Shown: piece by piece, positions 27,997 through 37,876 of the stretch | How the letters are laid out: each line of letters opens with the position of its first letter | Position numbering within the stretch: the stretch's first letter is position 1 | Source of the DNA: an uncultured Muribaculaceae bacterium | GTDB taxonomy: Bacteria > Bacteroidota > Bacteroidia > Bacteroidales > Muribaculaceae | DNA length: 64,000 bases | NCBI GenBank assembly: GCA_944321905.1 | Contig: CALUNI010000001.1 | Location: forward strand, 9,940 to 73,939 | Direction of reading: 5' to 3' | Position numbers and translations under genes: made by a program | The notes under the pieces: model-generated | Told to the model about the DNA's origin: nothing | Seen by the model: only the letters and a program-made list of their open reading frames with translations | The model's database searches: none

Positions 27997-28796
27997 GATG
28001 CAATAGTTATTATTTGGGCTTCTGCCTTGTCGCAAGGCAAGTCGGCAACGATATCGGTATAATATACGACATCCCAGTTTCCCTCCTCGTCCTCCACAAG
28101 AGCCGACATGGTTTCAACCCAGTCGCCCGAATTGAGGTAGTGTATCCCTTCGTAATAAACATTGTCGGGATGATGAATATGCCCGCATATGATTCCATCA
28201 TACTTTCTCACCTTTGCAAACTCTGCAAGCGTATGCTCGAAATCCGAAATGTAGTTCACAGCCGATTTCACCTTTTGCTTCACTTGCTGCGACAACGAAT
28301 AGTATGGCTTGCCACGGCGGGCTCGCACCCTATTATAAAAGCTGTTGAACGACAGCAAGAAAGTATAACCGATGTCGCCAAGCATGGCCAACCACCGCAT
28401 TTGCGTAGTAACCCGGTCGAATACATCGCCGTGGGTAATGAAATAACGCCTGCCGCCACTTTCTATCTCATAATCGCGGACAATAGTTATATTATAGAAA
28501 TTAAGCGGCGCAAGCCCGTCGAGAAAATCATCGTGGTTGCCCCTGACGTATATCACCTGCGTGTCCTTGCGCTCCATCATGCGCATCAGTATTTTAAAGA
28601 AACGGGTATGGTAGCTTTGCCACTTGCGCATTCCACTCTTTTTCAAGTGCCACCCGTCAATGATGTCGCCGTTAAGGACAAGCCTCTCACAATCCACATT
28701 GCTCAAGAAGTGGCACACCTCATCGGCCTTTGAATGCGACGTGCCAAGATGGATATCCGACAATACTATGGTACGATAATACTTCCTTTGTTCCAT
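27993..28796 (-). CDS. UDP-2,3-diacylglucosamine diphosphatase-like metallophosphoesterase (LpxH family)
   Basis: I chose the ATG at 28796 (MEQRKYYRTIVLSDIHLG). It has the calcineurin-like motifs DIHLG, NGDIIDGW, GNHD, HGD and GHIH, and is the right size for LpxH. Confidence 0.7.
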   Translation of the reverse strand: MEQRKYYRTIVLSDIHLGTSHSKADEVCHFLSNVDCERLVLNGDIIDGWHLKKSGMRKWQSYHTRFFKILMRMMERKDTQVIYVRGNHDDFLDGLAPLNFYNITIVRDYEIESGGRRYFITHGDVFDRVTTQMRWLAMLGDIGYTFLLSFNSFYNRVRARRGKPYYSLSQQVKQKVKSAVNYISDFEHTLAEFAKVRKYDGIICGHIHHPDNVYYEGIHYLNSGDWVETMSALVEDEEGNWDVVYYTDIVADLPCDKAEAQIITIAS

Positions 28797-28986
28797 TTTC
28801 AAGGATATGTTGTTTCTAAGTTTCACAAAGATAGCCTGCCTTTATAACAATTATATTGCAATCAAGTAATGTTTCGGTAACAATACCTGCAAACTCAATT
28901 GGCATTTTTTGCACATAAAATTGTATTTATTTACTTTTATGATGTTAAAATTTGATACGTTTTATGTCGTTTTAATCAGATAAGCC

Positions 28987-28994
28987 TATATTTG
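28987..28994 (+). promoter_or_regulatory. candidate -7 promoter box (TATATTTG) for the sulfate-activation operon
   Basis: It matches TAnnTTTG in the AT-rich 320-nt intergenic region, 155 nt upstream of the ATG at 29149. Confidence 0.3.
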
Positions 28995-29148
28995 CACAAT
29001 TTAATCATTAATCTTGTCAAGTGTTAACCGCGCTTGAAGGTGTTTTTTGTAAAATCGAGCTTGCATTAACACATTGTACAAGAGATTCTACCAAGGCGAT
29101 ACACAACCAGTGGCATCTATCGGCCGGCAGGATTTTATACGATAAATT

Positions 29149-30708
29149 ATGAATTTAGAAATAGCATTAGTACTAATCGCTCTCGCAGCAATGCTCGCAG
29201 CATTGATTGCCGACAAGCAACGCCCCGGCATGATATTGTTTACGGTGGTCGTATTCTTCTTATGCTGCCGCATAATCACCCCGGGCGAGCTGCTCGAAGG
29301 ATTCAGCAACAAAGGGATGATTACAGTCGCCTTGCTGTTCCTTGTCAGTGAGGGGGTAAGACAATCGGGAGCTTTAAGCCAACTTATAAAAAAAATACTG
29401 CCACAAGGGAAAACCACCACATGGAAAGCCCAACTGCGCATGTTGCCTGCGATAGGGTTCATATCGGCTTTTTTGAACAACACTCCGGTTGTAGTAATTT
29501 TCGCTCCGATAATCAAGCGTTGGGCACGTTCGGTAAACCTCCCGGCAACCAAGTTCCTAATCCCCCTGTCATATGTTACCATTCTTGGCGGCCTGTGCAC
29601 GCTGATAGGCACTTCCACCAACCTCGTGGTACACGGCATGATGATAGAAGCCGGATACAAGGGACTCAGCATGTTTGAACTGGCATGGATAGGCGTGCCT
29701 ATAACAGTTGCCGGCATCATTTACATCATGCTCGTGTCAAAACGCATGTTGCCAGAAGAACGCAAAGGGCCCGAGATCGTGGAAGACGAGGAAGAAAAAT
29801 CCGAGAACCTGCACCCGGTGGAAGTGGTACTGGGACCTCGATTCCCCGGCATCAACAAGACACTGCGCGACTTTGACTTCAAACGCCACTACGGAGCCGA
29901 GGTAAAAGAAATAAAAAGAGGCGGCAACGTAATCACCAAACGAATCGACAAGACCCGCCTATACGAAGGCGACACGCTCGTGGTACTCGCCGACGATTCA
30001 TTTATCGCCACATGGGGCGAATCTTCGGTATTCCTTATGATTGCAAACGGCCACGACGCAATCCCCCAACCCAAGCGCAGCAAGCGCACCTTTGTACTCA
30101 CTCTGCTCATATTGATGATTTTAGGAGCCACCATCGGAGAACTGCCCATAACCCAGGAAATGTTTCCAAACATCAAGCTCGACATGTTCTTCTTTGCAGC
30201 CGTGACAACGGTCATCATGGCCTGGACCAACACTTTCCCTGCTCGCAAATACACCAAATTCATATCTTGGGACATATTGATTACGATTGCCTGCGCATTT
30301 GCAATAAGCAAGGCAATGACCAATTCCGGCCTTGCCGACTTGATAGCCAATTTCATAATAGGGCTTAGCAACGACCACGGCCCATACGTGCTGTTGGCCA
30401 TTCTATACATAATCACCAATATCATAACAGAACTCATCACCAACAATGCCGCCGCAGCACTTGCGTTCCCGCTTGCGCTGTCGCTTGCCAACCAATTAGG
30501 GGTAGATCCCACTCCTTTCTTTATCGTGATATGCATAGCGGCATCGGCCGGGTTCACCACTCCGATAGGATACCAGACCAACCTCATAGTACAAGGTATC
30601 GGGAACTATAAATTCACCGATTTCATCAGAATCGGGTTGCCACTCAACATACTGGTGTTCTTAATATCGATATTCTTGATTCCACAGATTTGGCCCTTTG
30701 AATTTTAA
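29149..30708 (+). CDS. SLC13/DASS-family anion permease with central TrkA-C domain (putative sulfate transporter)
   Basis: 519 aa, polytopic, with a central soluble block (VEVVLGPRFPGINKTLRDFDFKRHYGAEVKEIKRGGNV...GDTLVVLADD, TrkA-C-like). It sits immediately upstream of cysC/D/N. Confidence 0.8.
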   Translation: MNLEIALVLIALAAMLAALIADKQRPGMILFTVVVFFLCCRIITPGELLEGFSNKGMITVALLFLVSEGVRQSGALSQLIKKILPQGKTTTWKAQLRMLPAIGFISAFLNNTPVVVIFAPIIKRWARSVNLPATKFLIPLSYVTILGGLCTLIGTSTNLVVHGMMIEAGYKGLSMFELAWIGVPITVAGIIYIMLVSKRMLPEERKGPEIVEDEEEKSENLHPVEVVLGPRFPGINKTLRDFDFKRHYGAEVKEIKRGGNVITKRIDKTRLYEGDTLVVLADDSFIATWGESSVFLMIANGHDAIPQPKRSKRTFVLTLLILMILGATIGELPITQEMFPNIKLDMFFFAAVTTVIMAWTNTFPARKYTKFISWDILITIACAFAISKAMTNSGLADLIANFIIGLSNDHGPYVLLAILYIITNIITELITNNAAAALAFPLALSLANQLGVDPTPFFIVICIAASAGFTTPIGYQTNLIVQGIGNYKFTDFIRIGLPLNILVFLISIFLIPQIWPFEF

Positions 30709-30711
30709 TGT

Positions 30712-31341
30712 ATGATTATGGGAAACGACAACAACATATACCCGGTTTTCGACAAAATGCTCAACCGTGCCGACAAGGAAGCCCTGCTCGGACAACGCGG
30801 ATTGATGGTGTGGTTTACCGGACTCAGCGGCTCGGGGAAAAGTACGGTCGCCATTGCCCTTGAGAGAGAATTGCAGCAACGCGGCATACTGTGCCGCCTG
30901 CTCGACGGCGACAACATACGCACCGGCATCAACAACAACCTTGGCTTCAGCGAAGCCGACCGCATGGAAAACATACGCCGCATTGCCGAAGTTTCCAGGC
31001 TGTTTGTCGATACCGGCATTGTAACCTTGGCTGCTTTCATCAGCCCGCTGCAGTCGATGCGCAGCATGGCAGCCGACATCATAGGGCATGACGATTTCGT
31101 GGAAATATACATAAGCACTCCCGTCGAGGAATGTGAACGCCGCGATGTCAAAGGCCTGTATGCCCGTGCGCGCCGCGGCGAAATAAAGGACTTCACAGGC
31201 ATATCGGCTCCGTTTGAAGCCCCACAGAATCCCGCGCTCACAATCGACACCTCGCGCGTCACATTGCAGCAATCGGTCGAAACCATACTGCAACTAATCT
31301 TGCCTAAGATAGCACAACGCAAGCATGGCAAACTTGAGTGA
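30712..31341 (+). CDS. cysC: adenylyl-sulfate (APS) kinase
   Basis: 209 aa with a P-loop (FTGLSGSGKSTVA), LDGDNIRTGINNNLGFSEADR and FISP. Confidence 0.92.
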   Translation: MIMGNDNNIYPVFDKMLNRADKEALLGQRGLMVWFTGLSGSGKSTVAIALERELQQRGILCRLLDGDNIRTGINNNLGFSEADRMENIRRIAEVSRLFVDTGIVTLAAFISPLQSMRSMAADIIGHDDFVEIYISTPVEECERRDVKGLYARARRGEIKDFTGISAPFEAPQNPALTIDTSRVTLQQSVETILQLILPKIAQRKHGKLE

Positions 31342-31409
31342 TGCCCCATGCCGAGCGAGCGCAACCTGTCCTATTCCCACAGATAATTTAAGGAAAACTA
31401 AAATAAACA

Positions 31410-32321
31410 ATGGAAGAAAATTACAAGCTGAGCCACTTGAAAGAACTCGAAGCCGAATCGATACATATCATTCGGGAAGTGGCAGCCGAATTTGAAAACC
31501 CCGTGATGCTTTATAGCATCGGCAAAGATTCCAGCGTAATGGTACGCCTTGCCGAAAAAGCTTTTTATCCGGGCAAAGTGCCATTCCCATTGATGCACAT
31601 CGACTCTAAGTGGAAATTCAAAGAAATGATACAGTTCCGCGACGAGTATGCAAAAAAATATGGTTGGAATCTCATCGTTGAAAGCAACATGGAAGCATTC
31701 CGCGCCGGAGTGGGTCCGTTCACCCACGGCAGCAAGGTGCACACCGACTTGATGAAGACGCAGGCACTGCTGCACGCATTAGACAAATATAAATTTGATG
31801 CCGCATTTGGCGGTGCCCGCCGCGATGAAGAAAAATCTCGTGCCAAGGAACGCATCTTCTCGTTCCGCGACCGTTTTCACCAATGGGACCCGAAGAACCA
31901 ACGTCCCGAGTTGTGGGACATTTACAACACACGCATCCATAAAGGCGAAAGCATCAGAGTGTTTCCACTAAGCAACTGGACAGAACTCGACATTTGGCAA
32001 TACATACGCCTCGAAAACATTCCAATCGTACCTCTCTACTTTGCCAAAATGCGCCCGGTGGTGGAAATCGACGGCAATCTTATAATGCCCGACGACGACC
32101 GTCTGCCAGAGAAATACCGCGACAAGATTCAAATGAAAATGGTAAGATTCCGCACCCTTGGATGTTGGCCCTTGACAGGAGCGGTAGAAAGCAATGCCGA
32201 CACTATCGAAAAGATTGTCGAAGAAATGATGACGACAACCAAGAGTGAACGCACCACGCGGGTCATCGACTTTGACCAAGAAGCCAGCATGGAGCAAAAG
32301 AAACGTGAAGGATACTTCTAA
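31410..32321 (+). CDS. cysD: sulfate adenylyltransferase subunit 2
   Basis: 303 aa with a PAPS-reductase-fold motif ([12 protein letters not shown]), [20 protein letters not shown] and a C-terminal KREGYF. Confidence 0.92.
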   Translation: MEENYKLSHLKELEAESIHIIREVAAEFENPVMLYSIGKDSSVMVRLAEKAFYPGKVPFPLMHIDSKWKFKEMIQFRDEYAKKYGWNLIVESNMEAFRAGVGPFTHGSKVHTDLMKTQALLHALDKYKFDAAFGGARRDEEKSRAKERIFSFRDRFHQWDPKNQRPELWDIYNTRIHKGESIRVFPLSNWTELDIWQYIRLENIPIVPLYFAKMRPVVEIDGNLIMPDDDRLPEKYRDKIQMKMVRFRTLGCWPLTGAVESNADTIEKIVEEMMTTTKSERTTRVIDFDQEASMEQKKREGYF

Positions 32322-32338
32322 GTGAAACTTTTACGACG

Positions 32339-33802
32339 ATGGAAAACAATAACAAAATAGATATTAAGGCATTCCTCGACAAGGACGAGCAAAAAGACTT
32401 GCTGCGGTTCTTGACTGCCGGTTCGGTAGATGACGGGAAATCGACACTCATAGGACACTTGCTATATGACAGCAAGAAAATTTATGAAGACCAACTCGAC
32501 GCATTGAAGCGCGACAGCAAGAGAATAGGCAACGCAGGCGACCACATCGACTATGCCTTGCTCCTCGACGGGCTGAAAGCCGAACGCGAGCAGGGTATAA
32601 CCATTGACGTGGCCTATAGATACTTCTCGACAAACAACCGCAAGTTTATCATTGCCGACACCCCGGGACACGAGCAATACACGCGCAACATGATTACCGG
32701 AGGCTCGACGGCCAATCTTGCAGTGATTCTTGTCGATGCACGGCTCGGGGTAATAACGCAGACCCGCCGGCACACGTTCCTGGTTTCGCTGCTTGGAATC
32801 AAGCATGTAGTCCTGGCTGTAAACAAAATGGACCTGGTCGGCTTCTCCGAGACTCGTTTTAATGAAATTGTCGCCGACTACATGCAGTTTGTCGGGCAAC
32901 TCGGCATTCCCGATGTCACATGCATACCGTTGTCGGCTCTCGAAGGCGACAATGTGGTAGAAAAGTCGGAACGCACGCCTTGGTATCACGGCAAGACGCT
33001 GCTCGACTATCTTGAAACCGTACATATCGACAACGACCATAACCTCACCGACTTCCGCTACCCGGTTCAATACGTCTCGCGTCCCAACCTCGACTTCCGC
33101 GGATTCTGCGCAAAAGTGGCATCGGGCGTGGTACACAAGGGCGACGAAGTGGTGGCATTGCCTTCGGGCAAGCGGTCGCGCGTGAAAAGCATAGTGACAT
33201 ACGACGGCGAACTCGATTATGCGTTCCCGCCACAATCGGTAACGCTCACGCTCGAAGACGAAATCGACGTGTCGCGAGGCGACATGCTCGTGCATCCCGA
33301 CAACATGCCGTGTATCGGCCGCAACTTCGAGGCCATGCTCGTGTGGATGGACGAAGAAGCGATGGATGCCAACAAGTCATTCTTCATAAAGCAGACAACC
33401 AACACAAGCCGTGCACACATCGACAGCATAAAATACAAGGTGGACGTGAACACAATGGAACACTTGTCGATAGACAACGGCAAGCTCACCAAAGAGACAT
33501 TGCCTCTGCAACTCAACCAGATTGCGCGTGTCGTGATAACCACCGCACGTGAATTGCTGTTTGACCCGTTCAACAAGAACAAGGCAACAGGCTCTTTCAT
33601 ACTTATCGACCCTATAACCAACAACACAAGTGCCGTAGGCATGATAATCGACCGCATCGACGACCGAGACATGCTTATCGACACCGACCTGCCAACGCTC
33701 GACCTGCCGCGGTTGGGCATAACTCCCGACCACTACGACGCAGTGGAACGCGCGGCAAAGGAATTGTACCGACAAGGCATTGAAGTAAAAATAATAAAAT
33801 AA
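32339..33802 (+). CDS. cysN: sulfate adenylyltransferase subunit 1 (GTPase)
   Basis: 487 aa with GTPase motifs G1 (GSVDDGKST), G3 (DTPGHEQY) and G4 (NKMD). No fused APS-kinase domain is present. Confidence 0.92.
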   Translation: MENNNKIDIKAFLDKDEQKDLLRFLTAGSVDDGKSTLIGHLLYDSKKIYEDQLDALKRDSKRIGNAGDHIDYALLLDGLKAEREQGITIDVAYRYFSTNNRKFIIADTPGHEQYTRNMITGGSTANLAVILVDARLGVITQTRRHTFLVSLLGIKHVVLAVNKMDLVGFSETRFNEIVADYMQFVGQLGIPDVTCIPLSALEGDNVVEKSERTPWYHGKTLLDYLETVHIDNDHNLTDFRYPVQYVSRPNLDFRGFCAKVASGVVHKGDEVVALPSGKRSRVKSIVTYDGELDYAFPPQSVTLTLEDEIDVSRGDMLVHPDNMPCIGRNFEAMLVWMDEEAMDANKSFFIKQTTNTSRAHIDSIKYKVDVNTMEHLSIDNGKLTKETLPLQLNQIARVVITTARELLFDPFNKNKATGSFILIDPITNNTSAVGMIIDRIDDRDMLIDTDLPTLDLPRLGITPDHYDAVERAAKELYRQGIEVKIIK

Positions 33803-33810
33803 GCAAGCCA

Positions 33811-34917
33811 ATGGGATTGATAGAATTTAATAAATTGCCGGTCAACACCCTTGTTGGCGCAGATTGGAACACTTTTAAACGAATCACGGCGGGACGCGAA
33901 ATAGGCCAAGGCTATAAAGGCAAATACATGCTCACAAAGGGCGTGTGCAGGCTCATGTCGATGCTCGTACCCTTGCAAGACAAGCGTTACAGACGTTTGT
34001 TGCAAGACAAGCCACTCATGCACGACCCCGTGTTCATCCTCGGCCATTGGCGCAGCGGCACCACTTTCGTACACAATGTCCTGGCATGCGACAAGCACTT
34101 CGGATACTGCACTACATATCAGACGGTATTCCCACACTTGATGATGTGGGGTCAACCTTTCTTCAAGAAAACCATGAGTTGGCTCATGCCCGACCACAGG
34201 CCTACCGACAACATGGAACTCGCCGTCGATTTACCTCAAGAAGAAGAATTCGCACTCTCCAACATGACGTCGTGCAACTACTACAACTTCTGGTTCTTTC
34301 CTCAGCACATGCAGGAATATGCCGATAAGTATTTGCTGATGGACGACATCTCAGATGACGAATTGCGCGAATTTGAGCAAGTATTTACCAAGATGATAAA
34401 AATAGCCTTGTGGAATACCGGCGGTACGCAATTCTTAAGCAAGAATCCTCCACACACGGGGCGCGTGCGCGAACTGGTAAAAATGTTCCCTAACGCCAAG
34501 TTCATCTACTTGATGCGCAATCCATACACGGTTTTTGAAAGCACACGCAGCTTCTATGGCAACACCATAAAGCCTCTGCAGTTGCAGGCCATAAGCGACG
34601 AAGAGCTTGAGCGCAACATCATCTCGGTGTATGCAAAGCTGTATCACAAATATGAAGCCGACAAGAAGCATATCCCTGCCGGCAACCTGATTGAAGTGAA
34701 ATTTGAAGATTTTGAAGCCGATGCCATGGGCATGACCGAGAAAATCTATCGTTCGCTCAATCTGCCCGGATTTGAAGAGGCTCGCCCTGCTATCGAGGCA
34801 TATGTGGGCGGCAAAAAAGGATATAAAAAGAATAAATACAAATACGACGACAGAACGGTGCAGTTGGTGCAAGACAATTGGAGCTTTGCCCTAAACGACT
34901 GGAACTACACTCTCTGA
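33811..34917 (+). CDS. cytoplasmic PAPS-dependent sulfotransferase
   Basis: 368 aa with no signal peptide. It has a 5'-phosphosulfate-binding loop (ILGHWRSGTTFVHN) and a 3'-phosphate-binding block (FIYLMRNPYTVFES). It starts 8 nt after cysN. Confidence 0.85.
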   Translation: MGLIEFNKLPVNTLVGADWNTFKRITAGREIGQGYKGKYMLTKGVCRLMSMLVPLQDKRYRRLLQDKPLMHDPVFILGHWRSGTTFVHNVLACDKHFGYCTTYQTVFPHLMMWGQPFFKKTMSWLMPDHRPTDNMELAVDLPQEEEFALSNMTSCNYYNFWFFPQHMQEYADKYLLMDDISDDELREFEQVFTKMIKIALWNTGGTQFLSKNPPHTGRVRELVKMFPNAKFIYLMRNPYTVFESTRSFYGNTIKPLQLQAISDEELERNIISVYAKLYHKYEADKKHIPAGNLIEVKFEDFEADAMGMTEKIYRSLNLPGFEEARPAIEAYVGGKKGYKKNKYKYDDRTVQLVQDNWSFALNDWNYTL

Positions 34918-34949
34918 AAATAATCGTCACATCTATTTTCTGAAACATT

Positions 34950-35906
34950 ATGAAAACATTACGACAACTCATCGGCATATTGATGTTATGCTGCGGTGGA
35001 ATGGCATTCGCTCAACCGGGTGTTTACATGATTAATTACGGTGACATGGACCACTGGCTCGATCGCCAAATCAAGGAATCGGGCATTATAGGAGGCGAAA
35101 CAAAACACGTGTGGGCTATCGGCCCGACGATGACCATCGAGGGTGACGAGGCATATACCAACAAGGGAGGTTCGCCATGGGCTTCGTCAAACGTTATGGC
35201 AAAAGTGGCCGGAATCACAAAGACCAACACGTCGGTGTTTCCCGAGAAACGTGGCGACGGCTACTGCGCCCGATTGGAAACCCGCATGGAAAAGGTAAAA
35301 GTACTCGGACTCATAAACATGGAAGTTCTGGCAGCCGGCTCCATCTTCCTTGGCAACGTACACGAACCCATAAAAGGAACAAAGAATCCACAGAAGATGC
35401 TCAACTCTGGCATTCCGTTCACCAAGAAGCCAAAGGCCCTGATGTTTGACTACAAAGTGCAAATGTCGCCGCGCCTCAACCGCATCAAGTCAACCGGATT
35501 TGGCGGAAAGGACGAGATTCCGGGACGCGACCTGCATGAAGTAAACCTGTTCTTGCAACGCCGTTGGGAAGATGCCAATGGCAACATCTTTGCCGAGCGC
35601 ATAGGCACAATGGTGGTTCGCTTCAGCGAAGACTGCGACTGGCAGAATGGTGCCACCTTCACAATCCTGTATGGCGACATCACACACGACCCGGCTTATG
35701 ACGAGAGCATGATGGGACTCAATTCCACCATCAGGTATGGCGTTAACAGCGAGGGAGAAAGCGTCCCCATTCAAGAGGTTGGCTGGGGCGACCCCGACGA
35801 CACACCTACCCACATACAATTGCAATTCACGGCAAGCCACGGCGGTGCCTACATTGGCTCTCCCGGCAACATCCTGTGGATTGACAACGTAAAATTAGTA
35901 TATTGA
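34950..35906 (+). CDS. secreted protein of unknown function (possibly PCMD/PF13201-like)
   Basis: 318 aa with a signal peptide (LMLCCGGMAFAQ). It starts 32 nt after the sulfotransferase, and a strong hairpin follows. The PCMD assignment rests only on my recollection of the GIPFTKKPKALMFDYK-type block and is weak. Confidence 0.5.
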   Translation: MKTLRQLIGILMLCCGGMAFAQPGVYMINYGDMDHWLDRQIKESGIIGGETKHVWAIGPTMTIEGDEAYTNKGGSPWASSNVMAKVAGITKTNTSVFPEKRGDGYCARLETRMEKVKVLGLINMEVLAAGSIFLGNVHEPIKGTKNPQKMLNSGIPFTKKPKALMFDYKVQMSPRLNRIKSTGFGGKDEIPGRDLHEVNLFLQRRWEDANGNIFAERIGTMVVRFSEDCDWQNGATFTILYGDITHDPAYDESMMGLNSTIRYGVNSEGESVPIQEVGWGDPDDTPTHIQLQFTASHGGAYIGSPGNILWIDNVKLVY

Positions 35907-35919
35907 TTTTACCATAACA

Positions 35920-35945
35920 CAGAGGCGCGATTAATCGCGCCTCTG
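35920..35945 (+). terminator. strong hairpin ending the sulfotransferase operon
   Basis: CAGAGGCGCGA-TTAA-TCGCGCCTCTG forms a perfect 11-bp GC-rich stem with a 4-nt loop, 14 nt after the stop. There is no clear U-tract. Confidence 0.55.
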
Positions 35946-35997
35946 CAATATAAATACCGAGATTACGATACACCACATTTCGACACACATACTCTCC

Positions 35998-37764
35998 ATG
36001 AGAAAAACCATCTTAGCTGCGATTATTGCCTTATCGACAGCGGCCATGCAGACTATTGCCTCAGTGCCGCAGGCTGCCGTCGATTCAGTAAGCCACATCC
36101 TTGCAGGACAGAATCCTCTCGCAGAACTCGATTCGGCCAATGTGTACCTTATCACCCGTGCCGAAATAGATTATGAACAATACGAGTATATCTTCGGCAA
36201 CTACATGATTCCGTTCGCACTGAAAAACCGTGACCGCATCCCCGATGCCGACCTTGCGTGGCTGTACCGTAATTACTCTATTATCTTTGCCATGCAAGAA
36301 AAAACCGACCGCGAAATAGCCGCAATCGACTCGGCTGTACTGCTAATCGAAAATGTCGATGACGAACCTGCCACAAAGGCTGCGATTTACGCTAACGCCG
36401 GCGACTCGCAGATTCGCTCGGGAAGCATCGAACTCGGACACAAGATGTATTTCAAGGCCATCGACATATACGAGCAGATGGGCGACAGCGACATGCAGAT
36501 TTCAAACTGCCTGTACCAACTTGCCGTGGGCTACCTGCAAATGCTCGACTTCGACGGACTCGAATATGTAATAGGCAAAATGCAAGACCTGTGTGGAAAG
36601 CCCGATGCCGACCCCAACTGCCTTTATGACCTATATTCAGTAAAAACGGCACTGTTCGCCATCAGGCACGACCGAGACCCCGGCAACAAGTCTCTAAGCG
36701 ATTCCACACTGTTCTACTCACGCAAATCGCTCGACATCATTGAAAACGATGGAGACAAATTGCGCTCGCGGGTGGTTCCGTCGTGGAACTACTACAATCA
36801 TGCCCGCACCCTGTTTCATGCGCCGGGTATAGTGCAATACGACAGCGTGGCAACATATATCGACAAGGCTTTAAAAGCCTTGCGCAACGAAGGGAACGTT
36901 GACAACGAAGTGCATATAAGCGTGTACATACTGCAAGGCGAAATGGCCAGACAACAGGGCGACTATGCCAAAGCCGAAAACCTGTCGGCTAAGGCCATGG
37001 AACTGCTCGACAAGTACCCCGGGAAAAACTCGCTTGTGGTGGAACGCGAAGAATTATACAAACTGCTTGCCGACGTGTATGAAGCAACTCACCGATATCG
37101 CGATGCCGTAAAATACCGCCACCTTGCCGAAGGTGTAATGACACAACGCTTCGACAAAGAAAAGGTGGAAGCACTCAAGCAACTCGAAGTAAAATATGAA
37201 GTGGAAAAGAAAGAGGCGGCTATTGCCACCCTCGAAGAACGCAACATTGCCACCCGACGCATATTGCTACTTACAGGCACTGTGGCCGTCATATTGGCGG
37301 TGACTATAATATTGGTAATCAGAATTTCCCGATTGAGGCGACGCAACATCGAACAACGGCTCTACGAAGCTGCACTGCTTGCCGAGCTAAGGCAGGACGA
37401 ACTTGAAAACGCGCGCAAGCAAATCGAGCGGCAAACGGCAGCAAAAGAATCACCGGGAACATTTGCCCCGGTGATTGGAAAACTCGAAACGATATTGGCA
37501 TCAGCACCTATCGACTCCACGCAAAAAGACGCATACGCCACAAAATTGCAGCAATTAGATGCCACAAGGCTCGACAACGACTTTGGCGACATCACCGTGC
37601 AAATGACGCAAATGGACTTGAAATATGCCCTATGCTTTTACATCGGCATGGAAGTCAAGCATATAGCCTCATTGTTCAACGTCGAACCTGCCAGCGTATA
37701 TACCGTGCGTTACCGAATGCGCAAGAAATTCCGCGACGCTGCGGCGTTCCGTTTCTTGATGTGA
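35998..37764 (+). CDS. membrane-spanning TPR-like sensor with C-terminal LuxR/GerE-like HTH (one-component regulator)
   Basis: 588 aa. Domain order is a signal peptide, a helical-repeat region of about 390 aa, a TM helix (ILLLTGTVAVILAVTIILVI), a charged coiled segment and a C-terminal HTH-like block (DLKYALCFYIGMEVKHIASLFNVEPASVYTVRYRMRKKF). Confidence 0.6.
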   Translation: MRKTILAAIIALSTAAMQTIASVPQAAVDSVSHILAGQNPLAELDSANVYLITRAEIDYEQYEYIFGNYMIPFALKNRDRIPDADLAWLYRNYSIIFAMQEKTDREIAAIDSAVLLIENVDDEPATKAAIYANAGDSQIRSGSIELGHKMYFKAIDIYEQMGDSDMQISNCLYQLAVGYLQMLDFDGLEYVIGKMQDLCGKPDADPNCLYDLYSVKTALFAIRHDRDPGNKSLSDSTLFYSRKSLDIIENDGDKLRSRVVPSWNYYNHARTLFHAPGIVQYDSVATYIDKALKALRNEGNVDNEVHISVYILQGEMARQQGDYAKAENLSAKAMELLDKYPGKNSLVVEREELYKLLADVYEATHRYRDAVKYRHLAEGVMTQRFDKEKVEALKQLEVKYEVEKKEAAIATLEERNIATRRILLLTGTVAVILAVTIILVIRISRLRRRNIEQRLYEAALLAELRQDELENARKQIERQTAAKESPGTFAPVIGKLETILASAPIDSTQKDAYATKLQQLDATRLDNDFGDITVQMTQMDLKYALCFYIGMEVKHIASLFNVEPASVYTVRYRMRKKFRDAAAFRFLM

Positions 37765-37876
37765 GCGCATTCCTTAGCAACGACTTAGGCTCTTTCTTGC
37801 GTCCAAAGCCATAAAACAATACCAAATTTCTACCTGCATAAAAGGCTCGGCAAGAAAGCTTCCGACATAAAGCCGG

